Source of the DNA: an uncultured Planctomycetaceae bacterium
GTDB taxonomy: Bacteria; Planctomycetota; Planctomycetia; Planctomycetales; Planctomycetaceae
DNA length: 64,000 nucleotides
Reading direction: 5' to 3'
NCBI GenBank assembly: GCA_963815195.1
Contig: CAWFGE010000010.1
Span: 320,001-384,000, forward strand
Part shown: positions 40,610-51,934 of the stretch, piece after piece
Layout of the letters: each line of letters starts with the position of its first letter
How positions within the stretch are numbered: the stretch's first letter is position 1
The notes under the pieces: generated by a model
Told to the model about the DNA's origin: nothing
What the model saw: only the letters and a program-made list of their open reading frames with translations
The model's database searches: none
Program-made: the position numbers and the translations under genes

Positions 40610-41024
40610 CGCAATGTTGCGACTGTTGCCGGACCAAGTCTCGACTTCAACCGGTGCCGCCTGAGGTATTGAAAGTGAGCTTAGAGGTTTGAGGATTGGA
40701 AGCCAGCGTCCCATTGCCAAATCCCCGTCCTCCATCCTCCATCCTCATTCAGGATGTTGGCTGCCGGAAAGCACCCGGCGGACGGTCTCGCATTTCTCCC
40801 GACGTCGCGATTGGGCATCCTTCCCTTTTTCTTGATGACCTTTGGAAACTTCGCCGAACAATCCGCGCGCGCGCCTGATTGTAAGCTAAGTTTCATTGCC
40901 TTGTCGTTATGCCCAGTCCACCCGATCCGTTTTATCGATTAAAGCGGTCTTACGGGCGGCGGGCGGCGACTGACATTCCTCCTGGTGCGTCACGGCCCCG
41001 ATTCAAGATAAAGGATCAACGAAT

Positions 41025-42347
41025 ATGGTCACGGCCAATCCCATCCGCGGCGGGCGCGGCATGGAAAGCGGGCAGGGCGAGTTTGAAGAACTCAAACGCC
41101 TCATTCACGGTAAACTCGTCGACAAGCTCGATCTTTCCCGCTTGGGGGATCTCGAAGGCGATACGCTCCGCCGCGAAATTCGCCTCGTCGTCGAGCACCT
41201 CTGCGACACGGAAAGCCCGCTGCTCAACCGCTCGGAACGCGAACGGTTGATCGAAGAGGTTTTGGACGAAACCTTCGGCTTCGGCCCCTTGGAGATTCTG
41301 CTCAAGGAAGACGGCGTCGCCGATATTATGATCAATGGACCCAAACACGTTTTTATCGAAAAGAACGGGCGGATCCAGCGCTCGAGCGTCACGTTCCGCG
41401 ACAATGACCACCTCATGCAGATTCTCGACCGGATCGTGTCCAAGGTCGGTCGCCGGATCGACGAGACCTCGCCCATGTGCGACGCCCGCCTGCCGGACGG
41501 CTCCCGCGTGAACGCGGTGATTCCCCCGCTCGCGCTCGACGGGCCTTCGCTGACCATTCGGCGGTTTGGTTCGAACCCGCTGACCTTGGAAGACCTGCTC
41601 CGCTTCGGGGCGTTCACGCCGGAGATGGTGATGCTCTTGGAAGGGGCCGTCAAAGCCCGCTTGAACATGATTATCAGCGGCGGGACGGGTTCCGGGAAAA
41701 CGACGCTGCTCAACACGCTGTCGAGCTTTATTCCGCCCGATCAGCGGATGATTACGATTGAAGACGCCGCGGAACTTCAGCTCCAACAGGAGCACGTGCT
41801 CCGCCTGGAAACCCGGCCGGCCAACATCGAAGGCAAAGGCCGGGTCGGTGCGACCGACCTCGTCAAGAACGCCCTGCGGATGCGGCCCGACCGGATCATC
41901 ATCGGCGAATGCCGGGGCCCGGAAGCGCTCGACATGCTGCAAGCCATGAACACCGGCCACGAAGGGTCCTTGACGACCATCCACGCCAACACGCCCCGCG
42001 ACGCCGTCTCCCGTCTGGAAACCATGATCAGCATGGGCGGTTTGGAGCTGCCCCTGAAAGCCTTGCGTCACCAGTTCGCGTCGGCCGTCGATTTGATCAT
42101 TCAAGCCAACCGTCTCCAAGGCGGGCCGCGGAAAATTACGCACATCACCGAAGTTTTGAACATGGAGCAAGACACGGTGATTATGCAGGACGTTTTCCTG
42201 TTCGTTCAGGACGGCATCGACGAGAACGGGCGGGCCCACGGGCACTTTGAAGCGACGGGCGTGCGGCCGTCCTTTATGAGCCGGCTCGAGGCGGCAGGCG
42301 TGCGTCTGCCGTCGAACCTGTTTGCCGCCCGCGCACTCGGAAGCTGA
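41025..42347 (+). CDS. cpaF: Tad pilus assembly ATPase CpaF/TadA
   Basis: [38 protein letters not shown] and MNTGHEGS. Confidence 0.95.
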   Translation: MVTANPIRGGRGMESGQGEFEELKRLIHGKLVDKLDLSRLGDLEGDTLRREIRLVVEHLCDTESPLLNRSERERLIEEVLDETFGFGPLEILLKEDGVADIMINGPKHVFIEKNGRIQRSSVTFRDNDHLMQILDRIVSKVGRRIDETSPMCDARLPDGSRVNAVIPPLALDGPSLTIRRFGSNPLTLEDLLRFGAFTPEMVMLLEGAVKARLNMIISGGTGSGKTTLLNTLSSFIPPDQRMITIEDAAELQLQQEHVLRLETRPANIEGKGRVGATDLVKNALRMRPDRIIIGECRGPEALDMLQAMNTGHEGSLTTIHANTPRDAVSRLETMISMGGLELPLKALRHQFASAVDLIIQANRLQGGPRKITHITEVLNMEQDTVIMQDVFLFVQDGIDENGRAHGHFEATGVRPSFMSRLEAAGVRLPSNLFAARALGS

Positions 42348-42521
42348 TTCCGACCGATGAATCACCCGGCGGCAAGGACGGAACAAGCCGCCGCTCGAAA
42401 GTCAACGAAAAGCTAGGATGAAAAGCGCCGAGCAGTCCTGTGGCACAGACATTCCCGTCTGTGCGGATCCTGCTTCCAATTCGGCACGTCCCCAGATCTA
42501 AAATCCATCAGGCAGACTATT

Positions 42522-43480
42522 ATGGACCCAACACTCATTTCCCTCGTGGCCTTTGCGGCGGTTGCGTCGCTGGTGGGAGCCGTCGCGTTTTTGATGCGTG
42601 ACCTCGGCTCGTCGAGCGTCGAAGACCGCCTGGAGGTAATGACAGGCCGGCGCCGGCAGGAAGATATCGTCACGAAAGACGTGCTCATCCGGGACGGGAT
42701 GGAAGGCCTTACCGGAGTCTTCGGCAAGTTCAGCGAGCGTCTCCAACGCTTGGCGCTCTTGTTCGAGCAGGCGGACTCCCCAATGAAGCCGGAAATGTTC
42801 TTCGGCGTGAGCGTGGGCATGGCCGTCGTGGGCGTGGTCGGCGGGGTCATCGCCCGCGCCCGGTTCCGCTCTTGCCCATCTGCGCGATGATGGCCGGCGC
42901 GATGCCTTTGCTGTGGCTGTTGTGGCGGCGGCGGGGGCGGTTTAAAAAATTCGCGATGCAGCTTCCCGACGCCTTGGAACTCGTGGCCCGGGCCCTCAGG
43001 TCGGGGCACAGCCTCGCATCGGGTTTAAAAGTCGTCGTGCAGGAAATGCCCGACCCAATTTCCCGAGAGTTCAGCAATGCCTACGAAGAGCAAAACCTCG
43101 GCATCCCGATCGAGGTCGCTTTGAAAAGCATGCTCCGACGCATGCCGAATATGGACCTCAAGTTCTTCGTGACCGCCGTGGCGATCCAACGGCAGGCCGG
43201 CGGCGACATGGCGGAAATCCTTGACAAGATCGGCTATATCATCCGCGAGCGGTTTAAGATCATGGGCCAGGTTCAAGCTCTCACCGGCGAGGGCCGGATC
43301 AGCGGGATCGTGCTGATGGCGCTGCCCATCGCGTTGTTCTTCGCCGTCTACTATCTCAACCCGGACTATGTGATGTTGCTGTTCACGGAAGAGTTGGGCC
43401 GCAAGATGATCGCCACCGCCGCCGTCCTCCAGGTTTTGGGAGCCGTGGCGATTAAGAAGATTGTAAATATCAAGATCTAG
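42522..43480 (+). CDS. tadB: TadB (T2SS F-family) protein; frameshift near 42865
   Basis: QLPDALELVARALRSGHS, IQRQAGGDMAEILD and ALTGEGRISG. Confidence 0.9.
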
Positions 43481-43564
43481 ATCTAGATCTCGACCTAACG
43501 CGGCCGAGTGGTGTTCTCCGACTCGTCGTGGTTGAAAAACGTCCCCTGACCTTGGAAGCTTCTC

Positions 43565-44497
43565 ATGGACTACGTGCAAATATTACCGTATGTGATCTTC
43601 GGCGGGATGGTGATGCTCGTCTTTGCCATCGCGAGCCTGTTTTCATCCAAAATCTCGCGCGCAAGCGAACGCTTGGATGAACTCCGCGATCCCACGCTGA
43701 GAAACCGCGACGCCAAGGACCAGAAAAAAGGCGTGGGCGCGATGTTCGAAAAAGCCGCCCCCGCGCTGTCCAGAGCGTTGCAGCCCAAAACCGAACTCGA
43801 GGAGAACAAACTCAAAGTTCGGATGGCGAACGCAGGCTATATCTCCCCCAGCGCGCCGCAGCTTTATCTCGCCGTGAAAGTGGCCATCATGCTGCTCGGC
43901 GTGGTGAGCGGGGCCGGTTACGGCCTGGGAACGTTCGGATTGACTCAAAGCGGATTGACCGCGATGGTCATCGGCGGCGGGTTGGGCTTTTATCTCCCGG
44001 AGATCGTGCTGTTCTTCATGATCAGAGGCCGCAAGGAAAAGATCTTCCTGGGACTTCCCGACGCGCTCGACTTGCTCGTGGTCTGCGTGGAAGCGGGCTT
44101 GGGCCTCGACGCCGGCATGCGGCGGGTTTCCGAAGAAATGGACGACTCGCACCCGGAACTCTGCCAGGAATTCAACCTCTGCAACATGCAGCTGCAAATG
44201 GGCCGGCCGCGCCGCGAGGTGCTGCACGATCTGGGCGTCCGCACGGGCGTGGATGATGTGCGGTCCCTCGTCGCGATTCTGATCCAGGCCGACAAGTTCG
44301 GCTCGTCGATCGCGCAGGCGTTGCGGGTGCAATCCGACAGCATGCGGACCAAGCGGAAGCAGATGGCCGAGGAAAAAGCCCAACAAACGGCCGTCAAAAT
44401 GATTTTCCCGCTCGTGCTGTTCATCTTCCCCGGCATCTTCGTCGTGCTCGTCGGCCCGGCCGCGATCATGATGATCAACGGCCTGCTTTCCCAGTAG
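43565..44497 (+). CDS. tadC: TadC (T2SS F-family) protein
   Basis: LPDALDLLVVCVEAGLGLD, QADKFG and AEEKAQ..VKMIFPLVLFIFP. Confidence 0.92.
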   Translation: MDYVQILPYVIFGGMVMLVFAIASLFSSKISRASERLDELRDPTLRNRDAKDQKKGVGAMFEKAAPALSRALQPKTELEENKLKVRMANAGYISPSAPQLYLAVKVAIMLLGVVSGAGYGLGTFGLTQSGLTAMVIGGGLGFYLPEIVLFFMIRGRKEKIFLGLPDALDLLVVCVEAGLGLDAGMRRVSEEMDDSHPELCQEFNLCNMQLQMGRPRREVLHDLGVRTGVDDVRSLVAILIQADKFGSSIAQALRVQSDSMRTKRKQMAEEKAQQTAVKMIFPLVLFIFPGIFVVLVGPAAIMMINGLLSQ

Positions 44498-44730
44498 GCC
44501 TTCGATGAGATGAAGGAAAACCCTAAAAATCAAGACCGGCGGACCGGCCGCTCACCTTCGAATCCCAGCGTTGGCGTTTCCAGGCGGCCAGGAATTCATT
44601 TGGTCAACGGAATTGACCGTGAACAACGGCGGAAGGACAATGAGGGCCGGCTTTGATGCTTCGCGGCCTCGCGGAGCAATCAAAGAAACGTACGAACGAC
44701 GCCGGCATGCCTGGGATGAAATGAATTTCG

Positions 44731-45381
44731 ATGGACATTCCGCAGATTTGGGACCGCCTTCAAGAACATTGGTGGTGGATTCATGCGATCCTGGTCGGGA
44801 TTTGCCTGGGCGGCTCCTTGGGAATCTGGGCCTATCGCGAAGTGTGGTACGGCCTCTCCACGTTCTTTTCCAGCCCCGTGGAAACGCGATCGCCGTTCCG
44901 CGCCCTCGTGCAATGGCTGGCGAGTCTTGTGATGCTCTTGCGGTCGGGAATCAGCGTGGCGTTGATTCTCACCTGGCCCCTCGTGCTAAGGCGGCTGACC
45001 GAACCGTCGCATCGCTGGATCGCGGTGGGTGCGGCCATTGCCGTGTGGGCGCTCCTGCGGCTGATTCTCGCCTTTGGCGTCGCCAAAAAACCCGCGCCGC
45101 CCAAGTTCTTCAAACAGCCTTTGCGATGGGCCTATTATCGGTCCGTGCAAACGCCCGATTCGCTCGTCACGGGCTGGTTGGACGTGTTCTTGGGCGCGGT
45201 GCTCCACATCGGCTTGGGCCTGTTGTGGTATGAGTTCTACACGCAAAAGGAACCGGAGCCTTGGTGGTATGCCGCCGCCGTGGGCATCTCGGTGGTCTGG
45301 ATTCTGTTCGTGACCAGCATCACGGTCCTGGTGCACCCCACGCCCGAAACGCACAGCTATGAGAACGAGAAGTACGAGTGA
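44731..45381 (+). CDS. Hypothetical membrane protein
   Basis: About five Trp-rich hydrophobic segments. Confidence 0.65.
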   Translation: MDIPQIWDRLQEHWWWIHAILVGICLGGSLGIWAYREVWYGLSTFFSSPVETRSPFRALVQWLASLVMLLRSGISVALILTWPLVLRRLTEPSHRWIAVGAAIAVWALLRLILAFGVAKKPAPPKFFKQPLRWAYYRSVQTPDSLVTGWLDVFLGAVLHIGLGLLWYEFYTQKEPEPWWYAAAVGISVVWILFVTSITVLVHPTPETHSYENEKYE

Positions 45382-45418
45382 GCCACTCTGAATGCGGTGG
45401 ACGCGAAGCCGTTTTGGG

Positions 45419-46048
45419 TCAATCCGCGAGGGGCAGGACCAAGACCTTGCGAATGCAGACTTTGCTGCCGGGATCGTGTTGTTGAAACGCGAAATGCCCT
45501 TGCTTGAAGGTCTGATCGAAGTCGAGGTATTCGTACAATTCGTCCCGGTCGACCGTGATTTTGATGCGCGTTGTTTTGCGGCCGCGCCACACATCGTCGC
45601 GAACTTCCAGTTCGTAGGTGAACCACGTGTCGGGTTTGACGAGCGGTTTGTAAACGTGGCAGAACCCGTACAGCGACCCGGTGCGAATGGGATCGCGGTG
45701 CGTGCTGTCGATTTGGGCTTCGTAGCCGTCCGAGAAGCCGGGCTTCGCGGTCGTGCGGAAGTACATGCCGGAGTTGCCGCCGTCGTTGATTTTGATCTCG
45801 GCCCGGTAGCGGAAGTTCTTATAAGGCCCCTTGGTGGAGACGAGCATCGAGGCCGGACCCGATCCGCACAGGGCCCCGTCCTTCACTTCCCAGACGCTTT
45901 TCTCGTTGCCGACCTTTTCCCAGCCGTCGAGCGTTTTGCCGTCGAACAGGGAAATCCATTTCGCATCGTCCGCGACGACGCGGGAAACGGACGGCAAGAC
46001 CAGAACCGCAGCCAACGTGAGAGCCAATCGAGAAGCCGAGATGTGCAT
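45419..46048 (-). CDS. DUF1080 (3-keto-disaccharide hydrolase-like) secreted protein
   Basis: WISLFDGKTLDGW, NSGMYFR, GYEAQI, TGSLY and GHFAFQQHDP. Confidence 0.9.
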   Translation of the reverse strand: MHISASRLALTLAAVLVLPSVSRVVADDAKWISLFDGKTLDGWEKVGNEKSVWEVKDGALCGSGPASMLVSTKGPYKNFRYRAEIKINDGGNSGMYFRTTAKPGFSDGYEAQIDSTHRDPIRTGSLYGFCHVYKPLVKPDTWFTYELEVRDDVWRGRKTTRIKITVDRDELYEYLDFDQTFKQGHFAFQQHDPGSKVCIRKVLVLPLAD

Positions 46049-46169
46049 GAGTCGATTCCGTGAGTCAGAGAGTTAATGATGTAAGCCAAGGCGATTCGCC
46101 GGTTTGTGGATTGTATCAGAGGCCGGCCGCGCTTGCATTTCCGTCGCGGGATTGCAGGGAAAGACGCTT

Positions 46170-47030
46170 TCACGCCACGGCGATGACGACCGACGCCCCA
46201 ATCAAGGCGGCTCCCGCGAGCCGGGTGGACATCACGCGGTGACTGGGAATCGAATCGGCTTCCCCAAGGTGGTGGGCGAAAATCCATGTGAGCAGCACGC
46301 CCCACAACCCGCGCAGCGAGTACACGATGTTGACTCTTGCTGCATCGCCGAAGAGCCCGAGCGTCAGCGTCATGCCGATGGCCTGGACCGACATCAGCAA
46401 GGCTCCCACGGCCAGCGGGCGGACGACGCGGATCTGCTTGAGCCGGCCCGGCGAATCGGCCCACGGCAAAAACACCAGCGAGAACAGCGCGGCAAAACCG
46501 AATGTGATCGGCAGAAAATAACCCGCTCCCCAGGCCGAGGCCCACCGCTGAATCAACAAGTCGAAGAACGTCATCGACACCGCCGCCAACACCGCGAAGG
46601 CCACCGAGGCGGCAATTCGCGAGCGATCGATCGAGGCATCGCGGGCCTGCACCAACCCCACGCCGGCGACCGCAATCGCCGCCGCGATCCACACGCGGCC
46701 GGGCAAATCGGCCTCGACGAACAGCGGCGTGAAGGCGGGGACCATCAAAACTTTCACGCCCAACACGGGAGCGGCGATCGAAACGTCTCCGCGATGCACC
46801 GCCACGAACGTCAGCAACTGCCCCGTCAGAAACAACGCCCCCAGAATCGCCGGCTGCCATAACATCGACAGCGGCTGCATGGTCCCGCCCATCACCGTCA
46901 ACAGCGGAAACACAAAGGCGGACGCCCAGCAAACCACGATTACCGAAGTCCATGACGTCACCCCCTGGACTTGAGCCCGCTTCAAGATCAAGAGGGCAAA
47001 CACGACGATCACGCTGGAGCAAAACGGCAT
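46170..47030 (-). CDS. EamA/DMT family transporter
   Basis: About ten TM helices; GDVSIAAPVLGVK and NIVYSLRGLW. Confidence 0.8.
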   Translation of the reverse strand: MPFCSSVIVVFALLILKRAQVQGVTSWTSVIVVCWASAFVFPLLTVMGGTMQPLSMLWQPAILGALFLTGQLLTFVAVHRGDVSIAAPVLGVKVLMVPAFTPLFVEADLPGRVWIAAAIAVAGVGLVQARDASIDRSRIAASVAFAVLAAVSMTFFDLLIQRWASAWGAGYFLPITFGFAALFSLVFLPWADSPGRLKQIRVVRPLAVGALLMSVQAIGMTLTLGLFGDAARVNIVYSLRGLWGVLLTWIFAHHLGEADSIPSHRVMSTRLAGAALIGASVVIAVA

Positions 47031-47288
47031 CAAGAGATGAATCGGACAAACCCTTTCCGAGGAGGTCGGCTGGCAATTCCACGCGGGAAATCGTAGGTTG
47101 TCGAAAGCCAACGATCCCCTGTCAAGTCCGCCCCCTTCGCGCGACCCGATGACGAAATCGTCCGACGTGGGAACCCTGGCTCCAAAAAACTCCGAGTGCT
47201 CTGTTTCCTTGAAGGCGGTTTGGGGTATGATTGACATGAGATCAGTCAGTCTGCCATCTTCCTGTTTTTCCGATTTCAGCGAACCGTT

Positions 47289-49154
47289 ATGTCATCCATG
47301 CGGACCACGACCAACCCGGCGGCTCAAAATGCGTTGCGCGAGGTGCTGGAGAGATACTGGGGATACGATCAATTCCGCCCCCTGCAACAACGGGCGATGG
47401 AACATGTGCTCGCGGGCAGGGATTCGGTGGTCGTCCTGCCCACCGGCGGCGGGAAATCGCTGTGTTATCAGGCCCCGGCGATGTGCATGGACGGCCTCGC
47501 GGTGGTCGTCTCGCCGTTGATTTCCTTGATGAAAGACCAGGTGGACGCCCTCAAGACCAACGGCGTTCCGGCGGAGTACATCAACAGCTCCCAGTCGCCC
47601 AGCGAAAAACGAAACGTCGCCGAGGACATCCGCGCGGGCCAGCTGCGGCTCTTATACGTGGCTCCTGAACGGCTCGTGCAGCCGCAGACAATGTCTTTCC
47701 TCCGGTCGGCGGGCTTGTCGTTCGTGGCCATCGACGAGGCCCACTGCATCAGCGAATGGGGCCACGATTTTCGCCCGGAATACCGCGACCCTCAAAATCC
47801 TCCGGCTGGCGTATCCAGAGATTGGGATTCACGCCTACACCGCCACCGCGACCGAGCGGGTCCGCCGGGACATCGCCCAGAACCTGGGCCTCAATCAGCC
47901 TGAAGTCCTCGTGGGCTCGTTCGACCGCCCGAACTTGATCTACAGCGTGGAACGCCGGCGGGACCGGGTCAGCCAGATCCGCGGAGTCCTCGATCGACAC
48001 CGGGGCGATTCCGGGATCATCTATTGCATCAGCCGCAAAAACGTGGACTCGATCAGCGAGGAACTCAATGCCCTCGGCTACAAAACCCGCCCCTACCATG
48101 CGGGCCTCGCGGACGACGAACGCAAGCGGAACCAGGAAGCCTTCATCGAGGAAAAAGTCGAAACGATCGTGGCCACGGTCGCGTTCGGGATGGGGATCGA
48201 CAAATCCAACGTGCGGTACGTGATCCACGCGGGCATGCCCAAGTCGCTCGAGAACTACCAGCAGGAAAGCGGCCGCGCGGGACGCGACGGCCTGGAAGCC
48301 GAGTGCTGTCTGCTCTACTCCGGCCGCGATCCGCAAATCTGGCGAAAACTCACCGAGGAGGACTCCCCCGAATCGCGGGCCGCCTCGCTTAAGTCGCTGG
48401 AGGCGATCGACGATTTTTGCACGGGCGTGAGTGTGCCGGCATCGGCAGTTGGTGGAACATTTCGGGCAGGTCTGGGACCGCGAATCCTGCAATGCCTGCG
48501 ATGTCTGCCTGGGCGCAGTTGGACCTGGTCGATGACGCCCTGATCATCGGCCAAAAGATTCTGTCGTGCGTCGTTCGCCAGCAGCAGCGGTTCGGCGGCG
48601 AATACACGGCCCAGGTCCTCAAAGGGGCCAGGCTCAGACGCATCCTCGACAACGGCCACGACCAACTCAGCACGTTCGGGCTTCTGGCCGATCACGACAA
48701 GCGGATCATCCGCGATTGGATCGAGCAGCTCGCCAGCCAGGGTTTCCTCGCGAAGGAAGGCGACTACAATGTATTAAAGGTTACGCCCGCCGGTCGGCAG
48801 CTTTTGAAAGGCGAACAAACGCCCCGCCTGCTCAAGCCGCAAGAGCGGGCCCGCAAAAAGGAGGCCGCGGCGGTCGAGACGGACGCTTGGGAAGGCGTGG
48901 ATCGGGACTTGTTCGGGGTGCTGCGAACGCTCCGCCGGGAGCAAGCTGAGGCCCGAGACATTCCCGCGTATATCGTCTTCAGCGATGCGGCCCTCCGGGA
49001 CATGGCCCGCCGGCGGCCCTCCACGTTGGAAGCCTTCCGCACGATCCGGGGCGTCGGCGAAAAGAAGCTCGACGACTACGGAGACGTCTTTGTGGACTGC
49101 CTCATTAAATACTGCCAGGACCACCGCCTCACAATGGATGTCCGCCCGAAATAA
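47289..49154 (+). CDS. recQ: ATP-dependent DNA helicase RecQ; frameshifts near 47790 and 48430-48520
   Basis: PTGGGKS, DEAHCISEWGHDFRPEY, ATVAFGMGIDK and QESGRAGRDG; RQC and HRDC (PAYIVFSDAAL) domains. Confidence 0.95.
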
Positions 49155-49202
49155 TGGCACGCCGATTGCATTGCGAAAGTTCAATCCCTGATCCAAAAAA
49201 GA

Positions 49203-49231
49203 TTGACGGGCTTCCCTTCGGTCGTCATACT
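49203..49231 (+). promoter_or_regulatory. Sigma70-type promoter of the cold-shock gene
   Basis: TTGACG-N17-CATACT, giving a ~80-nt 5' UTR. Confidence 0.6.
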
Positions 49232-49317
49232 GCACGATACACGGCGGCGAAGATTCGGATCCGTGCTGTTCTGATCCGGATGCAGGCCAAAACTTTTTCA
49301 GAATTGGAAAACGAGGA

Positions 49318-49521
49318 ATGGCGCAGGGCACGATCAAACGGTTGACGGACAAAGGGTATGGGTTCATCGAACTAGAAAATGGGAAAGACATTTTCTTCCA
49401 CCTCTCCAATCTGGACGGGGTGCGGTTCGAAGAACTCTACGAAGGACAAACGGTGACGTTTACGGAAGGCCAAGGAAGAAAAGGCCCGCAGGCGGAGAAC
49501 GTGAAACCCGCCTCGGCCTAA
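49318..49521 (+). CDS. Cold-shock protein
   Basis: RNP1 KGYGFI, RNP2 IFFH and KGPQAENV. Confidence 0.95.
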   Translation: MAQGTIKRLTDKGYGFIELENGKDIFFHLSNLDGVRFEELYEGQTVTFTEGQGRKGPQAENVKPASA

Positions 49522-49669
49522 TTGTTTGCAGGAATGACCGAGCCGGCGGATCGTTCGCCGGCTCGTCTTTTTTTGGAAGACCGGACCGCGGCCTCAATCG
49601 GGCCAAGTCCGGGCCGAAGGATTCGGCATTTTGGTACTAGCAGGCCCTCATGGGCCATTAGGGAGATGA

Positions 49670-49897
49670 ATGTTTCGTTGCGAAAAATGTGGAGCCGTTG
49701 TGCCCGCGGGAACATCCGCCCAACACGTTGTCGTGCAGTCCCGCAGCAAAGAATACCCTCAGCGAACCGAGACCCAGGCCGTCGGCCGCAGTCGCTATCC
49801 CCGCGAACGCACCGTGGACAAAGGCGGCGAAGGACAAGAGATCGTCCGCGAACTGAAAGTCTGCCCCAAGTGCGCCGAGGAATTGACCGACGACTAG
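49670..49897 (+). CDS. Small zinc-binding protein (75 aa)
   Basis: GGAG RBS; CEKC near the N-terminus and CPKC near the C-terminus. Confidence 0.7.
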   Translation: MFRCEKCGAVVPAGTSAQHVVVQSRSKEYPQRTETQAVGRSRYPRERTVDKGGEGQEIVRELKVCPKCAEELTDD

Positions 49898-49900
49898 ATT

Positions 49901-50028
49901 CCGAAGCACGAAATCCAAAATCCGAAACAAATCCCAATGACCGAAACTCAAATCCCAACCCGCCGAGAATCTCTAAGGTTTGACGCATTGGGAATGGGAT
50001 TGGATTTGTTTCGGATTTCGTGCATCGG
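49901..50028. repeat. Heptamer-based inverted-repeat element
   Basis: ccgaagcacgaaatcc(aaaatcc)gaaacaaatcccaat and inverted attggatttgtttcggatttcgtgcatcgg. Confidence 0.65.
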
Positions 50029-50081
50029 GTTTTCTTAAAGAACTCGTGCCAAACGGTGCACGGCGAGCGTGGCCGACTTCC

Positions 50082-51391
50082 ATGATGCCGCGAACTTTTT
50101 TGTTGCTCCTCTTCGCGTTGGCGAGCGTGCCTTTGGTTGCGGGCATCTGGGAGCCGGCGGTCGGGCAGATGGGCGTATTCCTCACGCTGCTGTTGATTGC
50201 GTCGGCTCTTTTGGACCTGGCGATTTCGCCGCGGCTCCGGCATGTCGAAGTCGAGCGGGACGTGCCCGATGTGCTCAGCGTCGGCGCCGGAACGCGATCC
50301 GGCTCTGGCTGCGAAACCCCACGCCGTCGCGATTGTTGTTGGAGCTTCACGATGAGCCGCCCCAGCCCGCGGACATGTTCGACTTGCCGGCCAGGGTCGA
50401 ACTCGGCCCGCAGCAAACCCGGCAAGTCACTTACCACGTGAAACCGCATCACCGCGGCCGGAACCAATTCGGCCGCGTGTATCTCAGGTGCCCGAGCCGA
50501 TTGCGGTTTTGGGAACTCACCGCCGAGCGCGATCTGCCGCAGGCGGTCAAGATTTATCCCGACGTGCAAGCGGTGCATGCGGTGGAGCTTTTGGCCCGGC
50601 ACAACCGCGTGGCCGAGGTCGGCGTTCGCTTGTCGCAACTTCGCGGGCGAGGGACCGAGTTCGACCGCCTTCGCGAATACCGCCGCGAAGATGAATACCG
50701 CAACATCGATTGGAAAGCCACGGCGCGCACCCGGCAGTTGGTCAGCCGGGAGTACGTCGTCGAACGCAACCAGAACGTTCTGTTTCTGCTTGATTGCGGC
50801 CGGTCGATGCTGAGCGAGTTCGGAGGCATCACGCATTTCGACCGGGCCCTAAACGCGGCGATCCTCTTAAGCTACGTCGCCCTTCGCCAAGGCGATACCG
50901 TGACGCTGCTCGCCTCGTCCCGCCGGGTCGAGCGGTATGTGCCCCCGCTCCGCGGCGCGACCGCGATGAAGTCCCTCGTCCGGCAAACGTTCGATCTGGA
51001 ACCGACGCATCACGCCACGGATTATCAACTGATGGCCGAGCAACTCCGGCTGCGGCACCGCAAGCGATCGCTGGTGGTGTTATTGACGCACGCCATCGAC
51101 GAGGTGCACCTGGAAAGCATCGGCCAAACGCTCAGGACGCTCAAATCCCCGCATCTGGTCTTGGGGGCTTTTTTGAAAAACGTGCCGCTCTACGAGCGAA
51201 TGTCGGCGGTGCCCCGCACGGATCTCGAAGCTTTCCAAGTCGCCGCCGCCGCGGATCTTATTGGTGCCCAAAGCCGGCAGATCGCCGAGTTCGAGCGGCA
51301 CGGCCTGTTGGTGATCGATGCCTTGCCCGATCAGCTCTCGTCCCAACTCATCAGCCGCTACCTCGACATCAAAGCCCGCCATCTGTTGTGA
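50082..51391 (+). CDS. DUF58 domain membrane protein; frameshift near 50290
   Basis: GTEFDRLREY, IDWKATAR and LLDCGRSM. Confidence 0.9.
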
Positions 51392-51434
51392 AGGACGACG
51401 AATCAGGATCGCTCGATCAATAATTGTCGGATTT

Positions 51435-51497
51435 ATTAGCCGCAGGGCGGTAGCCCCGGTTCGCCGCAAGAACCGGGGCTAGCGCCCTGCGGCTGAT
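51435..51497. repeat. REPIN-like inverted pair (ATTAGCCGCAGGG family)
   Basis: attagccgcagggcggtagccccggttc / gaaccggggctagcgccctgcggctgat. Confidence 0.7.
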
Positions 51498-51535
51498 GGA
51501 TAATCCGGATTGGGATTCATCTCCCATTTCCTCCC

Positions 51536-51587
51536 TTGACATCCAAACATAATCCCGTTATGTATAAATACCTAATCCAATTATGTA
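51536..51587 (+). promoter_or_regulatory. padR promoter with two tandem palindromic operators
   Basis: TTGACA at 51536; ACATAA-N5-TTATGT (51547-51563) and ACCTAA-N5-TTATGT (51570-51586). Confidence 0.65.
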
Positions 51588-51601
51588 CGGGAGGCCGCGT
51601 T

Positions 51602-51934
51602 ATGGATTCCAAATTGTTGTCCGGGACGGTGGAGCTGTTGATTCTGGAAATCATCTCCGCCGGCCCCACGTATGGGTACGACATCACCCAGCAGGTGATT
51701 TCCCGTTCGGGCGGGTATTTCGAGTTGACCGAGGGCAGTTTGTACCCGGCTCTGCATCGCCTGGAACGCCAAAAACTCCTGGCGGCCGATTGGCGGGAAG
51801 CCGACGGACGCCGGCGGAAATACTACCGCCTGACCGCGGCGGGCAAAAAAGCCCTGGCCGCGAAAAAGGCCGAGTGGGAACGTTTTGCCAAGGGCGTCGG
51901 GGGCGTGTTGGGGCTGACCTATGGCTGGGCGTGA
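51602..51934 (+). CDS. PadR-family transcriptional regulator
   Basis: GGAGG RBS; YGYDI, EGSLYPALHRLE and RRKYYRLT. Confidence 0.95.
   Translation: MDSKLLSGTVELLILEIISAGPTYGYDITQQVISRSGGYFELTEGSLYPALHRLERQKLLAADWREADGRRRKYYRLTAAGKKALAAKKAEWERFAKGVGGVLGLTYGWA

Noticed and set aside
39280..40700. Prophage or integrative element carrying the NTase pair
   Set aside because: No integrase, tRNA target or flanking direct repeats were recognised.
43473..43490. (AGATCT)3 tandem repeat at the tadB stop
   Set aside because: Too short to support a function; may be slippage or a read artefact.
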